A DNA stretch of 63,973 nt, filler included, from an uncultured bacterium (GTDB taxonomy: Bacteria; CAYJRR01), in NCBI GenBank assembly GCA_964372275.1. It is 3 parts of 3 records of this genome, joined end to end, with 100 filler letters (N's around TTAATTAATTAA, not from the genome) between each part and the next. Parts side by side here need not be neighbours in the genome. Positions count along the whole stretch, not along the records: positions 1 to 24,507 come from CAYJRR010000071.1; 2 more parts are not named here. One strand, given 5' to 3'. The translations under genes and the position numbers were made by a program. Shown here one piece after another: positions 1 through 9,378 of the stretch; within the stretch, counting starts at the first letter, position 1, and each line of letters starts with the position of its first letter. The notes below the pieces were generated by a model that was not told the DNA's origin, did not search any database, and saw only the letters and a list, made by a program, of their open reading frames with translations.

Positions 1-36
1 GGTTTTCCATTTTCCATTGTCCATTTTCCATTTTCC
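1..36. repeat. Heptamer (TTTCCAT-like) repeat arm of a dispersed palindromic element, cut by the window edge
   Basis: GGTTTTCCATTTTCCATTGTCCATTTTCCATTTTCC resembles the right arm at 18266-18300 (GGTTTTCCATTTCCCATTTCCAATTCTCAATTGTC). Confidence 0.6.
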
Positions 37-59
37 GAAACGGGCGGCCCTGAAGCGCG

Positions 60-1793
60 ATGTCGTTTTCTCTCCATGACCGCGGCGCGCTGCTCGCCGA
101 CTTGAACCGCCCTCTTGATGTCCTGATCGTGGGCGGCGGCATCAACGGCGCCGGCCTCGCCCGCGATCTCGCCCTGCGCGGCGCCCGGGTGGCGCTGGTG
201 GAGCGGGGGGACTTCGGCGTCGGCACCAGCTCGCGCAGCTCGCGGCTGATCCACGGGGGGTTCCGCTACCTGAAGGAGGGGAAGGTCGGTCTGGTCTTCG
301 AGAGCACGGCCGAGTGCCGGCTGCTGTCGCGACAGGCGCGGCACCTGGCGCGCCCCCTCCCCTTCGCCTTCCCGATCCGCGACGGCGGGCCGTTCCCCCG
401 TTGGCAGATCAAGGCGGGGCTCACGATCTACGACGCGCTCGCCCTGTTCCGGCGCCACCGCAACCATCGTTTCGTGAAGAGGTCGGCGCTGTCGAACGAC
501 CTCCCCACCCTCGACACCGCCGGTCTCCGCGGCGCCTACGTCTACTTCGACTACCGGACCAACGACGCGCGGCTGGTGCTGGAGAACGTCCTCGCGGCGC
601 AGGAGGCGGGGGCGATCGCGGTGCCCCGCGCGACCGCGGCGGTGCCGCTTCGCGGCCTGGCCCGAGATGGGCGCGCGCGCGTCTGCGGGGCGGTCGTCCG
701 GGACGAGGTCTCGGGACGGCACGTCGAGGTCCACGCCACGGTCGTCGTTTCGACGACCGGCCCTTGGACCGACGAGCTGTTGTCGGCGTTCGACGCGCAC
801 CGGAAGGGGAGCCCGCTTCTCCGGCGGACGAAGGGGGTGCACGTCGTCGTTCCGGCCGCGAAGCTCCCGCTGCGCGCCGCGGTCGTCCTTCTGAGCCCGC
901 GTGATGGGCGGGTGCTGTTCGCGCTCCCGTTCCACGAACACAGCGTGCTGGGCACGACCGACACCGATTGGGACGGCGATCCCGGCGAGGTCGAGGTCGA
1001 GGCCTCCGACGTCGACTACCTGCTCGAGGCGGCGAGGGACGCCTTCCCCGCCTCCGGTCTGGCCGCGCACGACGTGATCTCCTCCTGGGCCGGCGTCCGA
1101 CCGATGGTCAACGAGCCCGGCAAGCGCGAAAGCGAGGTCTCCCGCGAGGAACGGGTGCTCGAGACCCCCAACGGACTGGTGGCGGTCTTCGGAGGGAAGC
1201 TCACCACCTATCGTCGGATGATGGAGACGCTCGGCGACCTCGTGGCGCGACGCCTCCGGGAGCGGGGCGGACCGGCGCTCCCGGCGTCGGTCACGGCGGA
1301 GGTCCCGCTTCCGGGGGCGGTCGGCCTGGAGTCGGAGGCCGACCTCGAGCGGTTGGCGGGGCACTTGCGCCACCGGTTCGGCGTCGATCCCGCGGGCTGT
1401 GCGCACCTGGTCGAGACCTACGGTTCGCGGGCGGTCGACCTCCTGTCGTTCGCGGCGTCCGACACCGGCGGGCGGCTCGGCTCGCGCGTCGACCCGGCCT
1501 TGCCGCACCTGTGGGCCGAGATCGAATGGGCGGCGGCGCGCGAGATGGCGCTCGGCCTGGAGGACGTCCTCGTGCGGCGGACCGGGATCTTCTACCGGGC
1601 GCAGGACCAGGGATTCTCGATCGCCGCCGAAGCGGGATGGCGAATCGGCCGCCGGCTCGGCTGGAGCGAGCCGGCGATCGCCGCCGAGGTCCGGCGCTAC
1701 CGGGAGCTCGTCTTCCGGAATCGCCGCTGGCGCGACGCCGAGGAGCCGACGAATCCGATGGTCCCTCCGGAAGCGATCCCCCCGATTCGATGA
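60..1793 (+). CDS. glpD: FAD-dependent glycerol-3-phosphate dehydrogenase/oxidase
   Basis: DVLIVGGGING FAD motif, GTSSRSSRLIHGGFRYL, WAGVRP, GGKLTTYR. Confidence 0.9.
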   Translation: MSFSLHDRGALLADLNRPLDVLIVGGGINGAGLARDLALRGARVALVERGDFGVGTSSRSSRLIHGGFRYLKEGKVGLVFESTAECRLLSRQARHLARPLPFAFPIRDGGPFPRWQIKAGLTIYDALALFRRHRNHRFVKRSALSNDLPTLDTAGLRGAYVYFDYRTNDARLVLENVLAAQEAGAIAVPRATAAVPLRGLARDGRARVCGAVVRDEVSGRHVEVHATVVVSTTGPWTDELLSAFDAHRKGSPLLRRTKGVHVVVPAAKLPLRAAVVLLSPRDGRVLFALPFHEHSVLGTTDTDWDGDPGEVEVEASDVDYLLEAARDAFPASGLAAHDVISSWAGVRPMVNEPGKRESEVSREERVLETPNGLVAVFGGKLTTYRRMMETLGDLVARRLRERGGPALPASVTAEVPLPGAVGLESEADLERLAGHLRHRFGVDPAGCAHLVETYGSRAVDLLSFAASDTGGRLGSRVDPALPHLWAEIEWAAAREMALGLEDVLVRRTGIFYRAQDQGFSIAAEAGWRIGRRLGWSEPAIAAEVRRYRELVFRNRRWRDAEEPTNPMVPPEAIPPIR

Positions 1794-3352
1794 ACGCCGC
1801 GACCGATCGACGGCGCCAGGAGGTCGCCCGGCGAATCCGGGGCGGGCTCGTCTCGGGCTCGATCGCCGACCGCGCCGCCTACGCTCGGGATCTGTGGCCC
1901 CGCGACCTCCTGGGCTTGACCGACGGCACGCTCCCTCCCGGCCCGGAACTGATCGCCTGGCCCGGCACGGTCGACGAGGTCGCCGCCCTGGTGACGTTTG
2001 CCCGGAACGAGGGGATGACGGTCGTCCCGTTCGGCGGCGGCGCCGGCGTCTGCGGCGCGGCGCGCGCCACCGAGCCGTCGCGCGCCGACGGCGACCGGGT
2101 TCTGGTCCTCGACCTGAAGCGGCTGCGGCGGCTGCGTTCGGTCGAGCGCGCCAACGGGACGGCGGAGGTCGAGACCGGGATCGTGGGGGAGATCCTGGAG
2201 CGCGCCCTGAACGCGCGCGGGGCGACGCTCGGCCACTTCCCCTCCTCCATCTACTGCTCGACGCTCGGCGGCTTCGTCGCCGGTCGCAGTGCCGGACAGC
2301 TCTCCACCAAGTACGGGAAGATCGAGGAGATGGTGCTCGGGCTGGAGCTGGTCCTCCCCGACGGCGAGATCGTCCGCACCGACGACACGACCGGGCCGGA
2401 GCTCTCGCAGCTGTTCGTCGGCGCCGAAGGCACGCTGGGGGTCGCGACCGCCGCGAGGCTGCGCATCCACCGGCTCGCGGAGTGCCAGCGTCTCCGGGCC
2501 TACTCCTTTGCGTCGATCGACGACGGGATCCAGGCGATCCGGACCGTCCTGCAGGCGGGCCTTCGGCCGGCCGTGGTGCGGCTCTACGACGAGTTCGACA
2601 CGCTGCTCGCGCTGGCGGGGAAGGAGCACGCCCCGGGGGACGGCTCCGGGCTGACCGCCCTTCTCTCGCCGAAGAGGCTCGGAGGCTCGATCCTCGGGCT
2701 GTTCCCGGGTCTCGGGAAACGGGCGGTCGCGACGCTGCTCCAGAACCCGCGCCTGCTCAACCGCATCGCCGACGCCGTCCCGGGCCGGTGCCTGCTGGTG
2801 CTGATGTTCGAGGGTGCCCGGACGGCGACGCTCCTCGAAGAGGCCGAGACGGAACGCCTGTTGTCGTCGAGGAAAGCGACCGACCTGGGGCCGGCCCCCG
2901 CCGAACGTTGGAAACGGCGGCGCTACGCCATCTCCTACCGCCAGTCGAAGGTCTTCGCGGCGGGGGCGTTCAACGACACCGCGGAGGTCGCCGCCAGCTG
3001 GGAACGCCTCCCGCGTCTCTATCGCGAGGTGAAGCAGGCGATCGGTCGCAACGCCTTCGTCATGGCCCACCTCTCCCACGCCTACGCCGAAGGCTGCTCG
3101 ATCTACTTCACGTTCGTCTCGGCGGGGCGGGACGCCGCCGACGGCCGGCGGATCTACGACCAGATCTGGAGCGACCTGCTGGCCGCGACGCTCGAGGCCG
3201 GTGGGACGATCAGCCACCACCACGGAGTCGGCCTGTCGAAGGCGCGGTTCCTCCCCGAAGAGCTGGGGCCGGGCGGAATGACGGCGCTCAAAGCGGTGAA
3301 GCGATCGCTGGACCCGCAGCGGACGTTCAACCCGGGGAGGCTCGGGCTGTGA
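1790..3352 (+). CDS. Alkylglycerone-phosphate synthase (AGPS)-like FAD-linked oxidoreductase, VAO/PCMH family
   Basis: ATGA overlap with glpD; VVPFGGG, GHFPSSIYCSTLGG, GAEGTLGV, CSIYFTF and the AGPS-type SHHHGVG motif; ends FNPGRL. Confidence 0.85.
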   Translation: MNAATDRRRQEVARRIRGGLVSGSIADRAAYARDLWPRDLLGLTDGTLPPGPELIAWPGTVDEVAALVTFARNEGMTVVPFGGGAGVCGAARATEPSRADGDRVLVLDLKRLRRLRSVERANGTAEVETGIVGEILERALNARGATLGHFPSSIYCSTLGGFVAGRSAGQLSTKYGKIEEMVLGLELVLPDGEIVRTDDTTGPELSQLFVGAEGTLGVATAARLRIHRLAECQRLRAYSFASIDDGIQAIRTVLQAGLRPAVVRLYDEFDTLLALAGKEHAPGDGSGLTALLSPKRLGGSILGLFPGLGKRAVATLLQNPRLLNRIADAVPGRCLLVLMFEGARTATLLEEAETERLLSSRKATDLGPAPAERWKRRRYAISYRQSKVFAAGAFNDTAEVAASWERLPRLYREVKQAIGRNAFVMAHLSHAYAEGCSIYFTFVSAGRDAADGRRIYDQIWSDLLAATLEAGGTISHHHGVGLSKARFLPEELGPGGMTALKAVKRSLDPQRTFNPGRLGL

Positions 3353-4578
3353 AGCGGGAGCTCGCCCTCTTCCAGGAGATCGTCGGCGAGGACCACGTCG
3401 CGGTCGGACCGGCGGCCCGCGCCTTCGCCGGACTTCCCGACGCGTGGATCGTCGCCCCCGGCGATCCCGGGGAGCTCGAACGGACGATGGCGCTGGCGCA
3501 CGATCGTTCGATCCCGGTCGTCGTGGCCGGAACGTCGGTCCGGGGCCTCGTACCCGACGCCCTTCCGCGCGGGCGGGCCGTCGTGCTCGACCTGCGCCGG
3601 CTGGACAGCCTGCTCGCGCTGGACGACGTCTCCTTGACCGTCACGGCGCAGACGGGGATCCCGATCGCCACGCTGGAGCGCGCGCTCGTCCGGCGCGGCT
3701 ACACGCTCGGCTTCCCCTTGAGCGGCTTCGCCGAGCGGGTCTCGCTCGGCGGCTGCCTCGCCGGCGGGGTTCCGCCGCTCGCCAGCCCCTCGCGCGGCCG
3801 CCTCGCCGAGCACGTGGTCGCGACGAGCTTCGTCCTCGCCGACGGCACGCGCGTCCGCACGCGACACGCCCCGCGCCAGGCGACCGGCCCCGACCTCGAC
3901 GGCCTGGTGCTCGGGTGCCGCGGCCGGCTCGGGGTGATCACCGAGGCGACGCTGCGCCTCTACCGCGAACCGGAGGAGCGCCTCCTCCTCGGCTTCGGCT
4001 TCGAAAGCACGGCCGAGGCGGTTCGCGCGCTGGGGGCGCTGACCTCGGCGGGACTCCCTCCCACCTCCGCCGGGATCTGGCCCGCCGGGCCGGAAGCGCG
4101 GCGCGGAGCGAGACTCGCCGCAACGTTCGTCGGATCGGCCGAGTGGACGCGCGGCCTGGCCGCCGCCGCGAAGAAGGAGCTGCGCGCCGCCGGGGGACGC
4201 CCCGACCCGGCCCCCGACGATTCGTGGTTCGCGCACGCCGACCGCGCGGCGGCGCGGCTCGGGGCGGAGCGCGAGCCGGTTTGGGCCTACGGTGATTTCG
4301 AATCGCTGGCCGCCGCCGCGTCGCTTCCCGCCTTCCGTGGTCCGGCCGCCGCCTTCGGGATCCCGGCGTTCGACCGCCACGGCGGCTACGCCGTCGCCGC
4401 CGGGGGCGCCGGCGGCGCGGAGCGCCTCGACGCGCTGCGCTCCGCCGGCTGCCGCCCGCTCACCGACGCCGACGGCAACGCGGCGCCGCTGTCCGAGACG
4501 GCGCGTCGGCTCCTCGAACGGCTGGCGACGACCCTCGACCCCCGGGGCGTCCTGGCGTGCGGAGGGGCGAATGCGTAG
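3349..4578 (+). CDS. FAD-binding oxidoreductase, GlcE-like, degenerate C-terminal domain
   Basis: GTGA overlap; ATGPDLDGLVLGCRGRLGVITEATLRL; ends LDPRGVL; no HHH or HG motif. Confidence 0.8.
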   Translation: MKRELALFQEIVGEDHVAVGPAARAFAGLPDAWIVAPGDPGELERTMALAHDRSIPVVVAGTSVRGLVPDALPRGRAVVLDLRRLDSLLALDDVSLTVTAQTGIPIATLERALVRRGYTLGFPLSGFAERVSLGGCLAGGVPPLASPSRGRLAEHVVATSFVLADGTRVRTRHAPRQATGPDLDGLVLGCRGRLGVITEATLRLYREPEERLLLGFGFESTAEAVRALGALTSAGLPPTSAGIWPAGPEARRGARLAATFVGSAEWTRGLAAAAKKELRAAGGRPDPAPDDSWFAHADRAAARLGAEREPVWAYGDFESLAAAASLPAFRGPAAAFGIPAFDRHGGYAVAAGGAGGAERLDALRSAGCRPLTDADGNAAPLSETARRLLERLATTLDPRGVLACGGANA

Positions 4579-5770
4579 GCGCGCCGCGAATGGGAGGCCG
4601 GCCGCGAAGCCGGCGGAAGGCCCGGGTCCGGCCGCAGGCCCGAAGCCGGCGGCAAGCCCGAAGCTCGGTGGCGCGCTCGGGCGGCTCGTCGGGGGCGGCC
4701 GCGGCGCCTCCGACCCGCTGGCGGCGCACGCGACGCTCTACGAGCTGTGCGCCTACTGCCCCAAGATGTGCCGCTTCTCCTGCCCCGTCGCCGAGGCCGA
4801 CGCGAAGGAGACGCTGACGCCGTGGGGGAAGATGGGGGCCGCCTTCCTCGCCGCGAAGGGGGCGCTGCCGCTCGACGCCGCGGTCGAGACCTCCTGGGGC
4901 TGCACCGGCTGCGGCCACTGCACCGACTACTGCCTGCACGGCACCGACGTCGCGACGGCCCTCGTCGCGCTGCGCGCCACCGCGGACGTCCGCCGGATCC
5001 GCCCGGGCCCGCGCCTCGACGCGATCCCTTCGGCACTCAAGGTCCCCGACGCACCGATCCTGGTGCTGCCCGGCTGCGGCGGCGACGCGAGCGGCGTCTC
5101 CACCCTGGTCGGCCTCGTCGAACGGCTCGGCGTCCGGGGCGTCGCCTTCCCGGAGGCCACCGACGAAGCACGCGCAGCACCGACGAATCGGGAGGCCGCG
5201 GGGTGTTGCGGCTCCTCGCTCTGGTGGTCCGGCCGGCTCGACCGCTTCGACGAGCACGCGCGCGCATTCGCGAAGTCGATCGCCCGCCGCCGCAAGGTGG
5301 TCGTCGCCGACGCCGGCTGCGCCTGGACGCTCCGGGTCCTCTATCCGCGCCGGAAGATCCGCCTCGCCCCGCAGATCCTCCACGTCTCCGAATGGGTGGC
5401 GAGCTTCTTCCGCGAGCGGGTGGTGAAGGCCCGCCGCCGCGTCAAGGGAACGTTCTACTACCACGACCCCTGCACCCTGGGCCGCGAGTTGGGGATCGTC
5501 GACGACCCCCGCGCCGTGCTGGCCGCGGTGCTCCTGAACCCGCTGCGCGAGTTCGCCTGGAACCGCCGCGACACCGTCTGCTGCGGCGGCGGCGCCCTCC
5601 TCCCCGACACGATGCCCGACACCGCCCGCCGCATGGCCGAGGCGCGAGCCGAGGAACCGCGGAACGCCGGCGCGACGATCGTCACGACGTGCGGCACCTG
5701 CGTGGGTCATTTCCGCTCGAGCGGCGTGGAGGCCGTCGACCTGCTCGGCCTGGTGCGAGACGCGTTGTAG
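4571..5770 (+). CDS. Fe-S binding CCG-domain protein (GlcF/GlpC-like)
   Basis: CAYCPKMCRFSCP and CTGCGHCTDYC ferredoxin motifs; GCCG, YHDPC, VCCGGG, TTCGTC. Confidence 0.85.
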   Translation: MRRRAANGRPAAKPAEGPGPAAGPKPAASPKLGGALGRLVGGGRGASDPLAAHATLYELCAYCPKMCRFSCPVAEADAKETLTPWGKMGAAFLAAKGALPLDAAVETSWGCTGCGHCTDYCLHGTDVATALVALRATADVRRIRPGPRLDAIPSALKVPDAPILVLPGCGGDASGVSTLVGLVERLGVRGVAFPEATDEARAAPTNREAAGCCGSSLWWSGRLDRFDEHARAFAKSIARRRKVVVADAGCAWTLRVLYPRRKIRLAPQILHVSEWVASFFRERVVKARRRVKGTFYYHDPCTLGRELGIVDDPRAVLAAVLLNPLREFAWNRRDTVCCGGGALLPDTMPDTARRMAEARAEEPRNAGATIVTTCGTCVGHFRSSGVEAVDLLGLVRDAL

Positions 5771-5849
5771 CGGCCACCTCATCCGGGGTCGCGACCGCGG
5801 CACCGGACGCGGCGGCGTTCGCAGGCGCGTGGACCCGCCGGGGCCCCCG

Positions 5850-7031
5850 TCAGTCGATCCACTCCACCGGCGTCTTCAGCTCCAGCAGCTCCCGCTTCGC
5901 CGCCGCGATCACCCGCCTCGCCGCCTCCGCGTCGCTCCCGTCGCCCAGCTTCGGCTCCGCCTCGAGGAGCTTCGTCACCAGCTCCACCACCTCCCGCCGG
6001 CGCGTCGTCGCCAGCGTCGCTCCGTCCGGGACCTGCACCCCGAGCCCGGCGAGCGCTCGGTTGGCGGCCGCGCGGTCGGCGGCGTGTGCGCGCGACCAGT
6101 TCTTCTTCACAGCGACGAAGTAGATCAGGCGGAGCGCCTGGTCCTTCAGCTCCAACAGTCGCGCACGCTCGGAGGCGGGGGCCACGGGGAGGTAGCTCTG
6201 CACCAGCGCGTAGTAGCTCCGCAGCGGCGACGGCGCGTTGATGTCGGTCGGCACGTCCTCGTAGCCGTAGGAGCCGTCGTAGTAGGACGAGAAGACGGAT
6301 CGCGTGCGATCTTCGACGGCGGTGCGCAGCGCGGCGGGGGCCGGCGTGCCGGTCGTCTTGTAGAACTGTTCGCAGAGCGCGAACGACGCGTTGGTGATCT
6401 TGACGGCTTGCAGCGCGGCCAGCGCCGACTTCACGTCGCGCATCGCCGTCACGTCGCCCGCGAGCCTCGTCGCGAGGCGGTCCTCGGAGCCGGCCCGCGC
6501 GCGCGCGTCGGCGATGGCGCCGTAGACCTGCGACATGAAACGCGCGCTCCAGACGCCCGACGGTCCGATTCCGTCGAAGCCGGAGGCGGTGGTGAGACTC
6601 GGGAAGAGCGTGCCCCATTCGGCCGCCGAGAACGGGGTCCCGGTGTAGCAACCGAGTCCGATGAAGTGGCGCACCTGTCGGTTGGCGGCGGGGTGGCGCT
6701 CCGCCAAACCCTTGAGTTTCTCGTAGGAGAGGTATCCGTTCTTGCCAAAGAAGCTCGTACCGCCGGAATGTCCGGAGATGACGACGGTGTCGAGGGAGAT
6801 CTCCCCCCGCCCCGCGCGGGCGTAGATCTCCTCCAGTCCGCTCTCGATCTTGTCGTTCCCGGTCACGACGTGGATGCGCTGGCCGTGACGGCGCGCCATT
6901 TCGACGGCGGCGTCCCGTTCGACCTTCTGGTCGTTCACGTCGACGAACAGGATGTCGGCGCGCGCGTGTCCGGCGACGGCGAGGATCGCCACCGCGGCGG
7001 CGGCCGCGAGGAACGAATCGATGCGTTTCAT
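5850..7031 (-). CDS. Secreted hypothetical protein, possible caspase-like His-Cys dyad
   Basis: Signal peptide ending ARA-D; VVISGHSGG and FIGLGCYTG; normal protein composition unlike shadow ORFs. Confidence 0.75.
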   Translation of the reverse strand: MKRIDSFLAAAAAVAILAVAGHARADILFVDVNDQKVERDAAVEMARRHGQRIHVVTGNDKIESGLEEIYARAGRGEISLDTVVISGHSGGTSFFGKNGYLSYEKLKGLAERHPAANRQVRHFIGLGCYTGTPFSAAEWGTLFPSLTTASGFDGIGPSGVWSARFMSQVYGAIADARARAGSEDRLATRLAGDVTAMRDVKSALAALQAVKITNASFALCEQFYKTTGTPAPAALRTAVEDRTRSVFSSYYDGSYGYEDVPTDINAPSPLRSYYALVQSYLPVAPASERARLLELKDQALRLIYFVAVKKNWSRAHAADRAAANRALAGLGVQVPDGATLATTRRREVVELVTKLLEAEPKLGDGSDAEAARRVIAAAKRELLELKTPVEWID

Positions 7032-7045
7032 GGGCGCGCACGCGC

Positions 7046-7061
7046 TTCAAGCGATGTGCCA
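7046..7061 (-). promoter_or_regulatory. Possible sigma-54 promoter
   Basis: Minus strand TGGCAC-ATCGC-TTGAA (one mismatch to TGGCAC-N5-TTGC), 14 nt before the ATG at 7031. Confidence 0.35.
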
Positions 7062-7245
7062 CGGCCAACCGTGCGATCCGTCTCGTGTTCGGCCGCGCCG
7101 CCCCGGGGGGGTGCCGTCACCGGTTGGGGCACGGCTGCGGCAACGGCGGCGATCACCACCTGGCTACGGTTGTCGCCAGCGGCGCATCGAGCGGATGATC
7201 GCGGTGCGGATCGTCCGCGGGGGCTTCCCGCGGGATCCGGCGCGG

Positions 7246-9318
7246 ATGCCCGAACGCTTCGGCCCCTACGAGCTGCTCGAGCCGCTCGCCTCCGGCGGGA
7301 TGGCGCGCGTCTTCCGCGGACGGCAGGTCGGGGCGCTGGGCTTCGAGAAGATCGTCGCCATCAAGTTCATCCTCCCCGGATTCGCCTCCGACCCGGAGGC
7401 GGTGTCGCTGTTCGTCGACGAGGCGCGGATCGCCGCCACCCTCTCGCACGCCAACATCGTCGGGATCCTCGACTTCGGTGCCGCCGAGGGGGAGTACTAC
7501 ATCGCGATGGAGTACGTCGCCGGCGCAAACCTGAGCGTCGCGATGCGCCGTGCCAAGGTCGTCCGCCGCTACCCCTCCGACCCGCTCTGCGCCTACCTCG
7601 TCTCGGAGGTCGCGCGTGGGCTCGACTACGCGCACAAGAAGGCCGACAGCCAGGGCCGGCCGCTGCACATCGTCCACCGCGACGTCAGCCCCCAAAACGT
7701 GGTCGTCTCCTGGAACGGCGAGGTGAAGATCCTCGACTTCGGGATCGCCCGAAGCGCGGCGCGTTCGACCGAGACCGGCGCCGGCCTGATCCGCGGCAAG
7801 TACTCCTACATGTCCCCCGAACAGGCGGCGGGGGAGGCGCTCGACCGCCGCAGCGACGTCTTCGCCCTCGGGTCGGTGCTCTACGAGCTACTGGTCCGGG
7901 AGCGCGCCTTCCCGCTCCTCGGACACGCCACCCTGGAGAAGGTGAAGCTGGCGGAGTTCGTGCCGCCGGAGCGAATCCGCGGCGATCTGCCGCCGGCGCT
8001 GCAGAACGTGATGCGCCGGGCGATGGCGCTCCACCCGGACGACCGCTACCCCAGCGCCGGCGCCATGCTCGACGACCTGCTGCTCTACCTCGCGTCGGTG
8101 CGCGCCAAGAAGTCGGAGTCGGTCGACGCAGCGGGGGTCGCCCGATGGCTGGTCGATCTGTTTCCGGATGCCGAGTCGGTCGAAGCGACGCCGGTGCTTT
8201 CGCCCTCCGTGCTCCGGCCCGATCCGCCCGCCAAGCCGACCCTCACCTTCTCGGTCGCCGAGCTGGAGTCTCCGCCGGCCGCGCCGGAGAAGCGCGCCGA
8301 GCGAATCGGATCGGAGCCGGCACCGGCGCCGTTCGACGCGGAGAGCACGCGCGAGTCGGCACTGCCGGCGGAGCTGCTGGTAGCCGAGGTCGAGGCGCGC
8401 GCCGTGGCGGAGATGCGTACCCATGTCGCCACCGTCGTCACCCCACCCGTCTCCGACCCCGCCGCCGCCCCGACGAACGAGTGGGCCGTTTCGCCGGTCG
8501 CGGAGACCTCGAAGAGACCCGGCGCCGCACCGGTCGGCAGTCCGCCCGGACGAGCGGACCTTCGCCCAGCTCCGCAGGCCAAGGCGCCGCCCGTTACGTT
8601 CCTGCCGACCGGCAACAACGACCTGCGGCTTCTCGACCGGCCGACGTCGCGATCGGGACCGAGCGGCTCGGTGGTGCGGATCGCGCCGGTCCGCCGGCGG
8701 CGGCGGCTGCTGACGGCGGGGGCGCTGGCCGCCGCCGCCGGCGTCACGATCGCGGGTCTGGTCTCTCGCCACGGCGGCTCGTTCGACGGCGAGCCGGTGC
8801 TCTTCGACACGAGCGGTGTCGCGGTCGCCGGCTCGTCCGACGTCGTCGTCTTTCCGCGGGCCGCGGAGGGGGTCGATCCGCTCCGGCTCGGACGGATTGC
8901 GATCCGCACCGTTCCCGCGGGCGCCGAGCTGATGGTCGACGGGGAGTCGGTGACCAAGACGCCGGCGGTCGTCACCGGTCTCGCCGTTCCCGGCGCATAT
9001 CTCGTCGAAGCGATCCACCCCGACTACGCCCCTTGGGCGCGCGAGATCGACCTCGACGACACCCGGCCGGTCGAGCTCGTGGCGACGCTGAAGCGACTGG
9101 AGGTGCCGGGAACGGTGACCCTCGCGATCCCCGCGAACGCGCGAGCCTTCCTCGACGGACGCCTGATCGGCGTGGGCCCCAAGCGGGTGACGGTCGAGGC
9201 GCAGCCCGGCCCACACCAGCTGCGCCTCCGCCGCGAGGACGACCGCCTGCTCGACGAGCTCGAGGTCCAGGTGGTGTCGAAGTCGAGGGTCGAGGTGGCG
9301 CTTCCGGCCGCCGATTGA
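7246..9318 (+). CDS. Membrane Ser/Thr protein kinase with C-terminal PEGA-like domains
   Basis: GGMARV, VAIK, HRDVSPQN, DFG, YMSPE; Pro/Ala linker, TM segment, IRTVPAGAELMVDG PEGA repeat; alternative start 7195. Confidence 0.9.
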   Translation: MPERFGPYELLEPLASGGMARVFRGRQVGALGFEKIVAIKFILPGFASDPEAVSLFVDEARIAATLSHANIVGILDFGAAEGEYYIAMEYVAGANLSVAMRRAKVVRRYPSDPLCAYLVSEVARGLDYAHKKADSQGRPLHIVHRDVSPQNVVVSWNGEVKILDFGIARSAARSTETGAGLIRGKYSYMSPEQAAGEALDRRSDVFALGSVLYELLVRERAFPLLGHATLEKVKLAEFVPPERIRGDLPPALQNVMRRAMALHPDDRYPSAGAMLDDLLLYLASVRAKKSESVDAAGVARWLVDLFPDAESVEATPVLSPSVLRPDPPAKPTLTFSVAELESPPAAPEKRAERIGSEPAPAPFDAESTRESALPAELLVAEVEARAVAEMRTHVATVVTPPVSDPAAAPTNEWAVSPVAETSKRPGAAPVGSPPGRADLRPAPQAKAPPVTFLPTGNNDLRLLDRPTSRSGPSGSVVRIAPVRRRRRLLTAGALAAAAGVTIAGLVSRHGGSFDGEPVLFDTSGVAVAGSSDVVVFPRAAEGVDPLRLGRIAIRTVPAGAELMVDGESVTKTPAVVTGLAVPGAYLVEAIHPDYAPWAREIDLDDTRPVELVATLKRLEVPGTVTLAIPANARAFLDGRLIGVGPKRVTVEAQPGPHQLRLRREDDRLLDELEVQVVSKSRVEVALPAAD

Positions 9319-9378
9319 CGCGGGGCGGCCGGCTCTGCTGGACTGCCCTAGCCCCTCCATTCAACCGGAGCGACCCCG

